Of a DNA stretch of 64,000 nucleotides, positions 1-9,700 are shown in pieces. The translations under genes and the position numbers were made by a program. Origin of the DNA: Candidatus Eiseniibacteriota bacterium (GTDB lineage: Bacteria > Eisenbacteria > RBG-16-71-46); contig CAVSAC010000014.1 of the NCBI GenBank assembly GCA_963725865.1, positions 1,216,001 to 1,280,000 on the forward strand. The letters are read 5' to 3'. Under the pieces are notes generated by a model that searched no databases, was not told the DNA's origin, and saw nothing but the letters and a program-made list of their open reading frames with translations. Each line of letters starts with the position of its first letter. The stretch's first letter is position 1.

Positions 1-179
1 GCGAACCCCTGGAAGCCGACCTCGCGGCTCTGGGCGAGGCCGAAGTACGAGAGCCCGAGCACCAGCGCGGCGAACAGCACGGTGAATCCGAACAGCCAGC
101 GCGTCTCGAGCGCGCGACGGTACTCGTCGGCCGCCACCACGCGCACGCGCGCCAGGCTCGCCTGCGACATGCGGGTCAT
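1..179 (-). CDS. nosY: NosY ABC permease (5' part; runs off the window)
   Basis: Manual translation MTRMSQASLARVRVVAADEYRRALETRWLFGFTVLFAALVLGLSYFG...GFQGF. ATGA overlap with the upstream gene; nos operon context. Confidence 0.8.
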   Translation of the reverse strand, partial: MTRMSQASLARVRVVAADEYRRALETRWLFGFTVLFAALVLGLSYFGLAQSREVGFQGF

Positions 180-592
180 CGATGTCCCTCCACCAGATGG
201 GAGCCGGTCACGACGAAGCGACCCGCGGGCCGGCCGTCGACGAGAAAGGCGAAGTCCTCGCCCGGAAGGTCCGCGATGAACTCCACGTCCCACCGCTCGC
301 CGGGCGCGAGCGCCGCGACGCTCACGCGTTCCGCGTAGCCGGCGAGCGCGATGCGCACCGCGGCGGCGCCGGCGTTGCGCACGACGAGGCGAACGCGGGC
401 GCCCTTCGGCACCACGACCGGATCCGGCGCGATCGCGCCGTCGCGCACCACCAGCGTGTCGACGCGCAGCGGTGCCGCCACCACGGGCGCGGCGGGTGCC
501 GCCGGCGGGCGATGTGGCCGCCGCGCGGCCAGCGCGACCGCCAGCGCGGCGATCAGTCCCACCACCAGCAGGCGCAGGTAGGCGCGGCTCAT
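176..592 (-). CDS. Membrane-anchored cupredoxin-fold protein
   Basis: C-terminal part of ORF 176..1234, from MSRAYLRLLVV. N-terminal TM, then PDPVVVPKGARVRLVVRN and PGERWDVEF (cupredoxin_1-like). ATGA-coupled on both sides. Confidence 0.7.
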   Translation of the reverse strand: MSRAYLRLLVVGLIAALAVALAARRPHRPPAAPAAPVVAAPLRVDTLVVRDGAIAPDPVVVPKGARVRLVVRNAGAAAVRIALAGYAERVSVAALAPGERWDVEFIADLPGEDFAFLVDGRPAGRFVVTGSHLVEGHR

Positions 593-1029
593 GGCCGGGC
601 CTGCTCCGCGGAGAACGCGGTCGCGCGATCGACGTGACCACTGGTCCGCGCGGCCACCGCCTCGGCGGCGCCGCGATCGAGGAACGCCGCGTACCCGCCG
701 CCCATCGGGGACGGGAACGAGCCCTTCACGATCCACAGCGAGTCGGCGGCGTGCAGCGTGCGCGAGTCGTAGTCGGCGAGCCACGCGCGGGCGTCGCGGT
801 CGGCGCGCGCGTCGGCCAGCAGGCATTCGATGGAGTCGTAGACGCGCCACGCGCCGCGCGTCCGCAGCTCGCACGCGAAGCGCAGGTTCTCGACGTCCAT
901 GCCGCAGCCCACGCACGTGGCGCCGACCGCGATCGGTGGGGGTCCTGCCTGGCGCCCGCACCCCGTCGGGGCGAGGGCGAGCGCCAGGAGGACGGCGAAC
1001 CATTCGAGGCGGGCGCGGGCGCCGGTCAT
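589..1029 (-). CDS. nosL: NosL copper chaperone lipoprotein
   Basis: Lipobox APTGC; CVGCGM, YDSIECL and SPMGGG motifs. Confidence 0.92.
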   Translation of the reverse strand: MTGARARLEWFAVLLALALAPTGCGRQAGPPPIAVGATCVGCGMDVENLRFACELRTRGAWRVYDSIECLLADARADRDARAWLADYDSRTLHAADSLWIVKGSFPSPMGGGYAAFLDRGAAEAVAARTSGHVDRATAFSAEQARP

Positions 1030-1931
1030 GTCCGGCCTCCGCGCACGACGCCCAGGAAGATCTCCTCGAGCGAAGGGCGCTGCACCACGAACGAGCGCAC
1101 GGACACCCCCGCGGCACGCAACCGCTCGAGCGCCTCGATGCCGCGGCCGTTGGTCGACTCGAGCGAGAGGCGCAGTGGGGATTCGAGCGTCCACGCCACG
1201 CCCAGCGGCGCCAGCGCGCACTCGAGCCCGGCATGCGGGTCGTGCAGCTCGATCACCAGCCGGCTCGCGCGCAGCTGGTGGGCGCGCAGGTCCTCCAGGC
1301 GCTCGAGCGCCGCGCACCGCCCGTCGACCAGGATGAGCACACGGTCGGCGACCCGCTCCACCTCGGCCAGCAGGTGCGAGCACAGCAGGATGGTCTTGCC
1401 CTCGCGATGGAGCGACTCGAGCAGCGTGCGGAACTCCCAGGTGGCTTCCGGGTCGAGACTCGCGGTGGGCTCGTCGAGCACCAGCAGCGCGGGATCGCCC
1501 AGCAGCGCCTGCGCCAGCGAGAGCCGCTGGGTGTAGCCGCCCGACAGCGTGCTCGCGCGCCGCTGCGCCATCGCCGCGAGTCCGACCCGCGCGAGCGCCG
1601 AGGCGACCGCCGCGTGCGGCAGGCCGCGCAGCGCCGCGAAGAACCCCAGCACCTCCGCGACCGAGCGGCCCGGCGTGAACTCGACCCGCTGCGGGACGTA
1701 GCCCACGTCGAGGCGCGCGCGCGGATCGAGCGGCGATCGACGCTCGCGCCCCACCGCGATGCGACCGGAGTCGGGACGCGCAAGGCCGAGGATCAGCTTC
1801 AGGGTCGTGGTCTTGCCGGCGCCGTTGGGACCGATCAGCGCGAACGTCTCGCCGGGATGGACCTCGAACGAGAGTCCGTCCACCGCGGACACGGTGCCGT
1901 AGCGCTTGACGAGGCTCTCGGCGACGATCAT
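1026..1931 (-). CDS. nosF: NosF ABC ATP-binding protein
   Basis: Walker A GPNGAGKTT, signature LSGG, Walker B LVLDEP; lies between nosD and nosL. Confidence 0.9.
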   Translation of the reverse strand: MIVAESLVKRYGTVSAVDGLSFEVHPGETFALIGPNGAGKTTTLKLILGLARPDSGRIAVGRERRSPLDPRARLDVGYVPQRVEFTPGRSVAEVLGFFAALRGLPHAAVASALARVGLAAMAQRRASTLSGGYTQRLSLAQALLGDPALLVLDEPTASLDPEATWEFRTLLESLHREGKTILLCSHLLAEVERVADRVLILVDGRCAALERLEDLRAHQLRASRLVIELHDPHAGLECALAPLGVAWTLESPLRLSLESTNGRGIEALERLRAAGVSVRSFVVQRPSLEEIFLGVVRGGRT

Positions 1932-3349
1932 GCGCGCCTCCGCGAGCGTGCAAGGCCGAGCGCGCCGGCACTCGCCAGCCCGGCGAACGCACCCAGCGGC
2001 CCCCACGCGAGCGCCGCGGCGGGCCGCCCGCCACGCATGGCCGCGCGTGCCGCCACCGGCGGCGCGATCAGCGGGAAGCGGTCGACGACCTCGCTCGGTC
2101 GCAGCGACGGCAGCACGCGCTCGGCCACCCCCAGCGCGGTGACGGCCGGGCTGCGGGCGAGCAGCGTGAGGTCGGGGTACTGCTTGGAGAGGAACGCGAA
2201 CGCGCCGACCGGCGAATAGGGCACGTCGCTCACGCCGTTCCCGTCGAGGTCGTAGGCGGCGTTCTCGCTCCAGTAGTTGCCGTGCTGCCCGTCGTCGAAC
2301 GCGTTGTCGCTCCGTCGCATGTCGAGCGCGACCGGATAGTCGTTGCCGAGGAACGAGTTCCCGACGAAGACATTGTGCGCGCACGAGGAGAACAGCAGGA
2401 CGCCCCAGCCGTTGTCCTGGATCAGGTTCGCGCGGAGGCGATTGCGATTGGAGTTGTCCATGAAGATCGCGATGGTGTTGTCGACGAGCCGGTTCGCGAC
2501 GAACGAGCCGTCGGAGCAATCGCGCAGCAGCAGGCCGTAGGTGCGCGGGCCGCGATTGTGGATGAAGTCGTTGTCCTCGATCACGATGTGATTCGAGAAC
2601 ATCAGAGCGCATCCGGCGCTGTTGTGCTCGAACACGTTCCGGACCAGGCGATTCTCCTGGTTGTACATGGTGTGGAGCCCGTAGCGCCCGTTGTGGTGGA
2701 GCGCGTTGCGATCGACCACCGCGTGATCGGCGAACGACAGGTAGATCGCGTCGACGAACCGCGTGACGTCGTTGCCGGTGAGGCGTGCGCCGTCCGAGTA
2801 CCAGAGGTGGATCCCGTTGCCCTCGCCGTCCTCTCGCAGCGGCGGCGTGCGGCCGCGCAGCCGGCAGTCCTCGACCCGCAGGCCGGGGGAGCGCTCGGCG
2901 TAGACGCCGTAGAGCACGTCGTCCATGCGGACGCGACGCACGGTCACGCCGCCGCACAGCGTGCGCACGCCGGCGTCCGACGTGAGCGTGCGGTCGCCGC
3001 TGTGGCGCACCTCGAGGTCCTCGAGCGTGGTGCCCGCGGCGGTGACGCGCACGACCGTGCCCTGCCCGAGCCCGTCGATCACCGCGCCGGGCTCGCCCCG
3101 CAGGGTGACCGGGGTGGTGATCTCGAGCGGCCCCGCGTGCACGCCGCGGGCGAGGATCAGCGTGTCGCCCGGCCGAGCGGCGGCGAGCGCGCGCGCGGCC
3201 GCGCCGCGGCTCGCGGGCACCCGCACCACGCCCGGCCGCGCCGCGGTGGCGATGGCGGGCCCGCCGGCCGCGAAGGCCGCGGTGGTCGGGCCGGCGCCGA
3301 GGAGCGCCGCGGTGGTGGCCGCGAGGAACCGGGCGGCGATCCACTTCAT
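1928..3349 (-). CDS. nosD: NosD maturation protein (beta-helix)
   Basis: Signal peptide, GNGIHLW, RYGLHTMY, GNYWS..YDLDGNGVSDVPY. Confidence 0.95.
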   Translation of the reverse strand: MKWIAARFLAATTAALLGAGPTTAAFAAGGPAIATAARPGVVRVPASRGAAARALAAARPGDTLILARGVHAGPLEITTPVTLRGEPGAVIDGLGQGTVVRVTAAGTTLEDLEVRHSGDRTLTSDAGVRTLCGGVTVRRVRMDDVLYGVYAERSPGLRVEDCRLRGRTPPLREDGEGNGIHLWYSDGARLTGNDVTRFVDAIYLSFADHAVVDRNALHHNGRYGLHTMYNQENRLVRNVFEHNSAGCALMFSNHIVIEDNDFIHNRGPRTYGLLLRDCSDGSFVANRLVDNTIAIFMDNSNRNRLRANLIQDNGWGVLLFSSCAHNVFVGNSFLGNDYPVALDMRRSDNAFDDGQHGNYWSENAAYDLDGNGVSDVPYSPVGAFAFLSKQYPDLTLLARSPAVTALGVAERVLPSLRPSEVVDRFPLIAPPVAARAAMRGGRPAAALAWGPLGAFAGLASAGALGLARSRRRA

Positions 3350-3966
3350 GGTGTCGGCGCCTTCGCGGTCACGGCGCGGCGGCGCTGTAGCCACTCGTGG
3401 ACCAGCACCAGCGGCCCCAGCAGCCACGCCGCTCCGAGCAGGAGCGTCCCCGGCCCGGGCAGGCTCCAGACGTGGAAGTTCGCCATCTTCTTGTAGCCGA
3501 GCACCGGCGGGGTGAACGTCGGGAGCTTGATCGCGGCGCGCGGGTCGAGATCGTGACCGTAGCGCCACAGCCACTCGAAGTAGTCCTTGAACATCACGAT
3601 CGCGAACGCGCTGAACGCGCACCAGCCGAGCACCGCGACCCAGCGGCGGTTCACCAGCGCGGCGATCAGGGCCATCACGCCGAAGAACGTGAGCAGCTGC
3701 GGCAGGTAGGTGAACTCGCGGAAGTCGGCGGGCGTGATGGCGTGCATGCCGACGTAGTGGTTGAGCGTGTTGATCTTGTCGAGGTCGCCGCGGATCGTGT
3801 TGCTGTAGATGGTGAGCGTCAGCCCCTCCGGGTACTGGGGCGCACGCATGCGCATGCTCCAGATCGGCAGCACGGGGAGGAAGAACACGGGCAGCAGCAC
3901 CAGCGCGGCGATCGCGACGAGTGCGCGATCCTGGCTGCCGAACCGTCCGGTCAGATAGCGGGTCAT
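3346..3966 (-). CDS. nosB: NosB membrane protein (clade II marker)
   Basis: APQYPEGL, INTLNHYVGM, YGHDLDP, PPVLG motifs; directly downstream of nosZ. Confidence 0.92.
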   Translation of the reverse strand: MTRYLTGRFGSQDRALVAIAALVLLPVFFLPVLPIWSMRMRAPQYPEGLTLTIYSNTIRGDLDKINTLNHYVGMHAITPADFREFTYLPQLLTFFGVMALIAALVNRRWVAVLGWCAFSAFAIVMFKDYFEWLWRYGHDLDPRAAIKLPTFTPPVLGYKKMANFHVWSLPGPGTLLLGAAWLLGPLVLVHEWLQRRRAVTAKAPTP

Positions 3967-4015
3967 GAGTGCCTCGAGATGGGGGCGGCGGCGGGCGCCG
4001 CCGCCCCGACGTGCT

Positions 4016-5923
4016 TCAATGGGCGAGCAGTGCGGCCACCGCGGCGACCTGCTTCGGATCGGGCCGTTGCAGCGCGGCCACCGGCGACCCCTTGGGTCGG
4101 ATCTCGATCAGGCCCTGCATCTCCTGGTGCAGCGCGCTGCAGAAGTTCGAGCAGTAGAACGGCGTGATCCCGACCTTCTCCGCCTTCCAGTGCATCGTCT
4201 TGGTCTCGCCGGGCTCGATCTGCATGTTGCAGTTCGACCATAGGATGCCGAAGCCATGCGCGATGTCGTCGTCCTGCTCCAGGTTGGTGACGTGGAAGTA
4301 CACGTCGTCGCCCTCGCTCACGACGACTCGGTCGGGCGTGAAGTGGGTGCGCACCGCGAGCATGTACACGTCCACGCGGCCGCCCTTGCGCTCGATCCGC
4401 GCCTCCTCGGCGCGGTGGATGGCGCCGGGCTTGTGGTTGTCGGCGAGCGGATACACGGTGATCGGCTTGAGCTTCTCGGCCCGGATCATCTGCGCGTAGT
4501 GCGGCTCGAGGTAGGTCGGGAAGTCCTCGAGCAACGTCATCTTCGGGCCACGCAGGTCGATGAGCTGCGCCGCCTCGGGATGCGTCGGCCCGACGCTCAG
4601 GTAGCGGTCCTTCGAGAGCTTGTCGAGCGCCACCACGTACTCGCCGGTGGGATGGCGCGTGTCACCCTCGGAGGCCATCAGGTGGCCGATCGAGTAGTAC
4701 ACGTCGATCTTGTCGATCACGTTCCAGGGCGGACCGACCTTCCACTTCGCGATCTGCGAGTCGAGGAACAGCGAGGTGTAGGCGTTCCCCTTGTCGTCGA
4801 ACTGGGTGTGGAGCGGGCCGAGCCCGACCGGGACCTTCGCCTCGAGGCAGTCCTGGTACTGCAGCACCGGGATGCCGAGCCGGTCGCCGTCGAACTTCTT
4901 CGCGGCGACCGCGGCCTGGAACTTCTGGAAGCTGAACACCGTCACCTCGGCCTGCAGCTTTCCGGACGCGCAGATGTACTCGCCGGTCGGGTTCACGTCG
5001 ACGCCGTGCGGGCTCTTGGGAGTGGGGATCAGGTAGACGAGTCCGGGCACGTCCTTCGGATCGAGCACCGGCGCGCCGCCGATCATCTTCGCCTTGCCCG
5101 CGTCGACCGCCTTCTGGGCCACGCGCCAGTCCACCGCGGCGACGTAGTCCATCTCGTTCTGCGACGCGTTGATCTCGAGGGAGTCGAACGCCATCTCGCT
5201 GTTGTAGCAGGTGAAGAACTCCCAGCCCGCGCTCGGGCCCTTGCCGGCGTCGGCGAGGTCCCAGTCGAACGGCGGCATCATGATCTCGAAGCCCATCGAC
5301 ATGGTGCCGTCCTTGGGATCCACCTTGATGCCCGCGACGATGCCGCGGAAGTCGCGGCCGTAGTCCTCGATGTGCGCCGCGCGGTTCGGCACCGGCACCG
5401 AGAAGCGCGAGGCCGCGAACACGTACTCGGTGTTCGGGGTCGGGAACGGACAGGCGTGCGCCGCCGAGAGGTTGGGGATGGGGCCGAAGATCTGCTTGGT
5501 CTTGAAGTCCTTCAGATCGATGCGGGCGATCCGTGCGCTCGCCATGTCGTTGATGAACAGCCAGCGCCCGTCGTAGTCGCCGTCGGTCTCGCTGAGGCCC
5601 GGGTGGTGCGCGTCGCCCCAGGTGCGCCCGCCCAGCATCTCCTTGCTCTCCTCGTCGTAGCCGTAGCCCACCGCCGGCTCGGGCGTGAACACCGGGATGG
5701 TCGTGATGTGGCGGCACGACGGGAAGCCGTACACGTAGACGTTTCCGTGGTGCCCGCCGGAGAGGAAGCCGTAGTACGCGTCGTGCTCGCCGGGCTTGAC
5801 GTACACCTTCGTCGCGGCGTCACCCGAGGCGCCGCCGGCCCGGGTGCCCGCGCACCCGGGCAGCTGGGCCACCCCCCACAACGCACCGATCACCGTCACC
5901 GCGATCAGAGTCCAGCGCTTCAT
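4016..5923 (-). CDS. nosZ: Sec-dependent (clade II) nitrous oxide reductase
   Basis: CuZ His motifs (DAHH, AAHA, SPHG, PLHT, IGHL, EPHY); CuA motif HGF...CSNFCSALHQEM; no twin-Arg; lipobox-like LPGC. Confidence 0.98.
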   Translation of the reverse strand: MKRWTLIAVTVIGALWGVAQLPGCAGTRAGGASGDAATKVYVKPGEHDAYYGFLSGGHHGNVYVYGFPSCRHITTIPVFTPEPAVGYGYDEESKEMLGGRTWGDAHHPGLSETDGDYDGRWLFINDMASARIARIDLKDFKTKQIFGPIPNLSAAHACPFPTPNTEYVFAASRFSVPVPNRAAHIEDYGRDFRGIVAGIKVDPKDGTMSMGFEIMMPPFDWDLADAGKGPSAGWEFFTCYNSEMAFDSLEINASQNEMDYVAAVDWRVAQKAVDAGKAKMIGGAPVLDPKDVPGLVYLIPTPKSPHGVDVNPTGEYICASGKLQAEVTVFSFQKFQAAVAAKKFDGDRLGIPVLQYQDCLEAKVPVGLGPLHTQFDDKGNAYTSLFLDSQIAKWKVGPPWNVIDKIDVYYSIGHLMASEGDTRHPTGEYVVALDKLSKDRYLSVGPTHPEAAQLIDLRGPKMTLLEDFPTYLEPHYAQMIRAEKLKPITVYPLADNHKPGAIHRAEEARIERKGGRVDVYMLAVRTHFTPDRVVVSEGDDVYFHVTNLEQDDDIAHGFGILWSNCNMQIEPGETKTMHWKAEKVGITPFYCSNFCSALHQEMQGLIEIRPKGSPVAALQRPDPKQVAAVAALLAH

Positions 5924-5960
5924 CGGATGTCTCCTTGTCGCCCCGGGGAGCGGGGCAGGG

Positions 5961-6464
5961 TCACTTCGCCTCGCCGGCTTCGTGGTCGGTGTGCTTGAAG
6001 AACTCCAGCACCGCGCGCGCTTCCTCGGGAGTCAGCCCCTGGTTCGGCATCTGCAGCATGTGCTTCGCGAACAGGTCCCGCGCGATCGGGTCCTGCTTCG
6101 TCATCAGGTCGGGGTGCAGGATCTGGCTCTCGATCCACTTCGCGGTGCGACGCTGCGTGACGCCCGCGAGGTCGGGCCCCGTGACCTTCTTCCCGAACGC
6201 GTGGCAGGCCGAGCAGCCCTTGGTCTGGAACAGATTCTGGCCGGTCGTGACCTGCGCGTCGTCGATCGGCTCGGTCGCCGCGCGCGGCCCGTCGTCGAGC
6301 CCGGCCGGCAGCGTGGCGGTGGTCGCACCGGCGGCACCAGCGGCACCCGAGGCCGCGGATCCGCCGTCGGCGGCGCCGGACGCGCCGGAGTCGGCCGACT
6401 TCGAGCACGACGACAGCGCGAGCGTGGCGGCGAGGGCGAGGGCGAAGCAGGCGAAGCGCTTCAT
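5961..6464 (-). CDS. Monoheme cytochrome c lipoprotein (NosC-like electron donor)
   Basis: LSSC lipobox, CSACH, GPDL, QMPNQGL; immediately upstream of nosZ. Confidence 0.9.
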   Translation of the reverse strand: MKRFACFALALAATLALSSCSKSADSGASGAADGGSAASGAAGAAGATTATLPAGLDDGPRAATEPIDDAQVTTGQNLFQTKGCSACHAFGKKVTGPDLAGVTQRRTAKWIESQILHPDLMTKQDPIARDLFAKHMLQMPNQGLTPEEARAVLEFFKHTDHEAGEAK

Positions 6465-6997
6465 AGATGGATCCCTTTCGAGTCCCCCGGCGCGGGCCGC
6501 GGGGACGGGTCGGAGTGATCGGCGCCCGTCCCGAAGCGGCCGAGGCGGGCGAGCTCCGCGGGGCCCAGCACGCGCTCGGCGATACTGAACACCACGGCTT
6601 CTTCCTTACGGATGTGGATCCGCAGCAGGTCCGCCAGATCGCGGACCTGGACGGTGATCTGTTCATCGCGGGCGCCGTCGCCCGGCCGCGCGGCCAGCTC
6701 GATCAGCGCGGCGAGCATGGCGACCAGCTCCGAGTGCTCGGACGAGAGCGGGCTCAGGCTCGCGCTCGTCGCGGGCAGCACCGACCGCAGCGCGGGGTAG
6801 AGCGCCTCCTCCTCGAGGCGCATGTGGGTCGCGAACTGCCCTTTCAGCAGCCCCAGCAGCTCGCGCAGGGCGGACTCGGTGGTCGGATCGATGCGGCCCC
6901 CGGCCTGCGTCTCTGCCACCGCGAGCTCGAGCGCCGCGGCGCGGTCCAACACGCGCGAGTGGTCGGCGCGCAGCCGCTGGAACAAGGTCTCGGACAT
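6461..6997 (-). CDS. Hemerythrin/HHE domain protein
   Basis: LRADH, HMRLEEEALYP, SEH, HIRKEEAVVF; GGGAG SD; ATGA overlap with cyt c. Confidence 0.88.
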   Translation of the reverse strand: MSETLFQRLRADHSRVLDRAAALELAVAETQAGGRIDPTTESALRELLGLLKGQFATHMRLEEEALYPALRSVLPATSASLSPLSSEHSELVAMLAALIELAARPGDGARDEQITVQVRDLADLLRIHIRKEEAVVFSIAERVLGPAELARLGRFGTGADHSDPSPRPAPGDSKGIHL

Positions 6998-7073
6998 CGG
7001 GTGCTCCCACGGGGACGGCCCCCATGGCCGTCCGCTCGTCACCAGCATCGGTCCGCAGCGGCGCCAGGCGTGA

Positions 7074-7085
7074 TGACGCCGGTCA
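7074..7085. promoter_or_regulatory. FNR/DNR-like box TGAC-N4-GTCA, probable nos activator site
   Basis: Perfect palindrome. Centre is about 42 bp upstream of a start implied by a minus-strand -10-like GATGCT (7044-7049). Confidence 0.55.
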
Positions 7086-7170
7086 GTGCGCCGGTCGATT
7101 TCCACGCGCGCGCCGGATGGCCGAAGCGCCGCCCCCGCGCGGGTTTGGAGCCGCGAGCCGAAGTCGGCGT

Positions 7171-7184
7171 ATGATGCGCGTCAT
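7171..7184. promoter_or_regulatory. Second FNR/DNR-like box ATGAT-N4-GTCAT
   Basis: Near-palindrome overlapping a TATGAT -10 (7170-7175) upstream of the regulator gene. Confidence 0.5.
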
Positions 7185-7211
7185 ATCAGGCCCGAGGTGG
7201 GAGGGGGACCG

Positions 7212-7922
7212 ATGTCGAAGACGCGCTCGGATCGCGTGCTGTCCGCCGTGAGATCGCTGCCGGTGTTCCGGGGGCTGTCCGCCGAGGATCAGATCAGGAT
7301 CTCGGAGCTCGCGAGCGTGCGCGAATACTCGCGCGGCGATCACCTGTGGCACGAGGGCGATCCGGCCGACGAGCTCACCGTGCTGATCCGCGGGCGCGTG
7401 AAGATCGTGCGCCACGCCGATGCGGGCGACGTGATCCTCGAGCTGTTCGGGCCCGGCGAGCCGGTGGGCGCGATCGCGGTGTACAACTACATGCCCTATC
7501 CCGCGAGCGCCGTGTGCATGGAGCCGGTGACCCTGCTAGCGGTGCCGCGGCGCGAGTACTTCGAACTGCTCGACCGCCACCCCGGCTTCGCCCGCGCGGT
7601 CATCCGCGAGCAGACCAAGCTCGTGGTCGCGCTCGCGCGCAAGGTCGAGGAGATGCGCGGCCAGCGCGTGGACGGCCGCATCGCGCAGCTGTTCCTGACG
7701 CTCGTCGAGCGCATGGGGCACCCGACCGCCGAGGGGATCGAGATCACGCTGACGCTGACGCGGCAGGAGGTGGCCGATCTCGTCGGCACCACCGTCGAGA
7801 GCGCGATCCGGGTGATGTCGCGCTGGGGGCGCGAGGGCGTGATCCTCTCCGGTCGCGGGCGCTTCGTGATCCCTTCCACGGAGCGCCTGCGCGAGATCGC
7901 CGAGAACGTCGCAGGCGAATGA
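7212..7922 (+). CDS. Crp/Fnr family regulator (DNR/NnrR-like; no FNR Cys cluster)
   Basis: cNMP-binding fold (LWHEGDPAD, GEPVG, YPASA) and HTH LTRQEVADLVGTTVESAIR; GGAGG SD. Confidence 0.93.
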   Translation: MSKTRSDRVLSAVRSLPVFRGLSAEDQIRISELASVREYSRGDHLWHEGDPADELTVLIRGRVKIVRHADAGDVILELFGPGEPVGAIAVYNYMPYPASAVCMEPVTLLAVPRREYFELLDRHPGFARAVIREQTKLVVALARKVEEMRGQRVDGRIAQLFLTLVERMGHPTAEGIEITLTLTRQEVADLVGTTVESAIRVMSRWGREGVILSGRGRFVIPSTERLREIAENVAGE

Positions 7923-7962
7923 GGCTCCGCCGTCCCATCCGCCGTCCCGGGAGGTTCCACCC

Positions 7963-8472
7963 ATGAGCACCGCCGGATCCACACCGCGTCCGATCGATCC
8001 GGGCGTGCGCATCGGCCACGTCCATCTCAAGGTCGCCGACCTCGATCGCGCGCTCGCGTTCTACTGCGGCGTTCTCGGATTCGAGCTGATGCAGCGCTTC
8101 GGCCCCGGCGCCGCGTTCATCTCGGCCGGCGGCTACCACCACCACCTCGGGCTCAACACCTGGGAGAGCCGCGGCGGCTCGCCGCCGCCGACCGGCGCCA
8201 CCGGGCTCTATCACGTTGCGATCCTCTATCCCACGCGCGCGGCGCTCGCCGACGCGCTGCGGCGGCTGATCGAGGCGCGCATTCCGCTCGACGGCGCGTC
8301 GGACCACGGCGTGAGCGAGGCGCTCTACCTGCGCGATCCGGACGAGAACGGCGTGGAGCTGTACCGGGATCGCCCGCGCGAGGAGTGGCCGCGCGAGCGC
8401 GACGGCGCGCTGGCGATGTTCACGCGCGCGCTCGACCTCGAGGCGCTGCTGCGCGAGGCGCCGGAGCGCTGA
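7963..8472 (+). CDS. VOC/glyoxalase family protein (CatE-like)
   Basis: IGHVHLKVADL, GGYHHHLGLNTW, DHGVSEALYLRDPDENGVELY. Confidence 0.92.
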   Translation: MSTAGSTPRPIDPGVRIGHVHLKVADLDRALAFYCGVLGFELMQRFGPGAAFISAGGYHHHLGLNTWESRGGSPPPTGATGLYHVAILYPTRAALADALRRLIEARIPLDGASDHGVSEALYLRDPDENGVELYRDRPREEWPRERDGALAMFTRALDLEALLREAPER

Positions 8473-8520
8473 GGCGCGGGAACGGCCACGCCCCGGCGCG
8501 CGGCCAGGGCGCGACCCCGC

Positions 8521-9688
8521 CTACATGCCGCGGAGCGTGCGGGCGATCGGCTGGCGGGCGGCGCTCAGCGACGGCAGGAACCCACCCATCACGCCCAGCA
8601 GCACCGCGAAGATCAGGCCCCCGAGCAGCTCGAACGGGCCGACGTGGAACGCGAACGCCGACTCGCTGAACGACATGAAGTTCGTCGTGCTCGTGGTGAT
8701 CCCGTTGATCGGCAGCGCGATCAGGCAGCCGAGCACGCCACCCAGCAGCGCGATCAAGACCGACTCGAGCATGAACGACGTCATGATCGCGAGCGGACTG
8801 AACCCGAGCACCAGCAGCGTCGCGATCTCGCGGGTGCGCGCCCCGACCGCCGCGAACATGGTGTTCATCGCTCCGAACATGGCACCGAAGCCCATCACCA
8901 GCGTGATGAACACGCCGATGCCGCGGATCAGGTTCGCGAGCAACTCGGATTGGCGCGCGTACCAGTCGCTCTCCCGGTAGACGTCGACGCCGAGCCGCGG
9001 GTCGCCGGTGAGCGTCTTCTTGATCGCCTCGAAGCGGGTGGGGTCCTTCATGCGGAACGTGACGCTCTGGAACACGTCACCGCGGAATACCGGCATCAGC
9101 ACCGCGTTGTCGCCCCAGATCTCGGACTCGAACGACGCGCCGCCGGCGCTGAAGTGCCCGACCACGGAGAAGTCGCGCTGGCCGAAGCGCACCTTCTCGC
9201 CGACGCTGGCAGCCGGCGAAGCGGGGCGCGACCTTCTCGCCGACGATGATCTCGGCCGTGCCGGGCGCGAACATCCGGCCCTCCACGATCTTGACGTCGC
9301 CGCGCAGCGCGAACGCCGATGGGTCGACGCCGCGCACCGTGAGGTTGGAATTGCCGGGCTGGCCGAGGCGCGGCTTGTTGCTCACGACGAACACCTCGGG
9401 ACTCGACAGCGGATGTCCGTCGGGGCCGGCGGCGACGTCGGGCAGTGCCGCGATGATGTTGGAGGCGTCGCGGGTCACGCCGCTCGACATCTCGCTGTCG
9501 GCGCCCTTGCGCACCACGACCACGTTGCGCGGGTCCCCGCTCAGCCGCAGCGAGCGCTGGAAGCCCGAAGCGAGCGCGAGCGCGCCGATGAAGATCGCCA
9601 CCGTCAGGGCGATGCCGACCGCGGTGGTCGCGGTGGACACCGGGCGCTGGAACGCGTTGCGGACGTTGTAGGAGAAAGGCAGTGCCAT
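8521..9688 (-). CDS. ABC exporter permease (MacB/FtsX family), frameshift near 9208
   Basis: ORFs 9077..9688 and 8521..9192 join; RTREIATLLVLGF motif. Confidence 0.85.
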
Positions 9689-9700
9689 GAGGGTCTCCGC

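Noticed and set aside
9191..9245. 15-bp direct repeat ACCTTCTCGCCGACG
   Set aside because: Simply encodes VGEKV twice within the permease.
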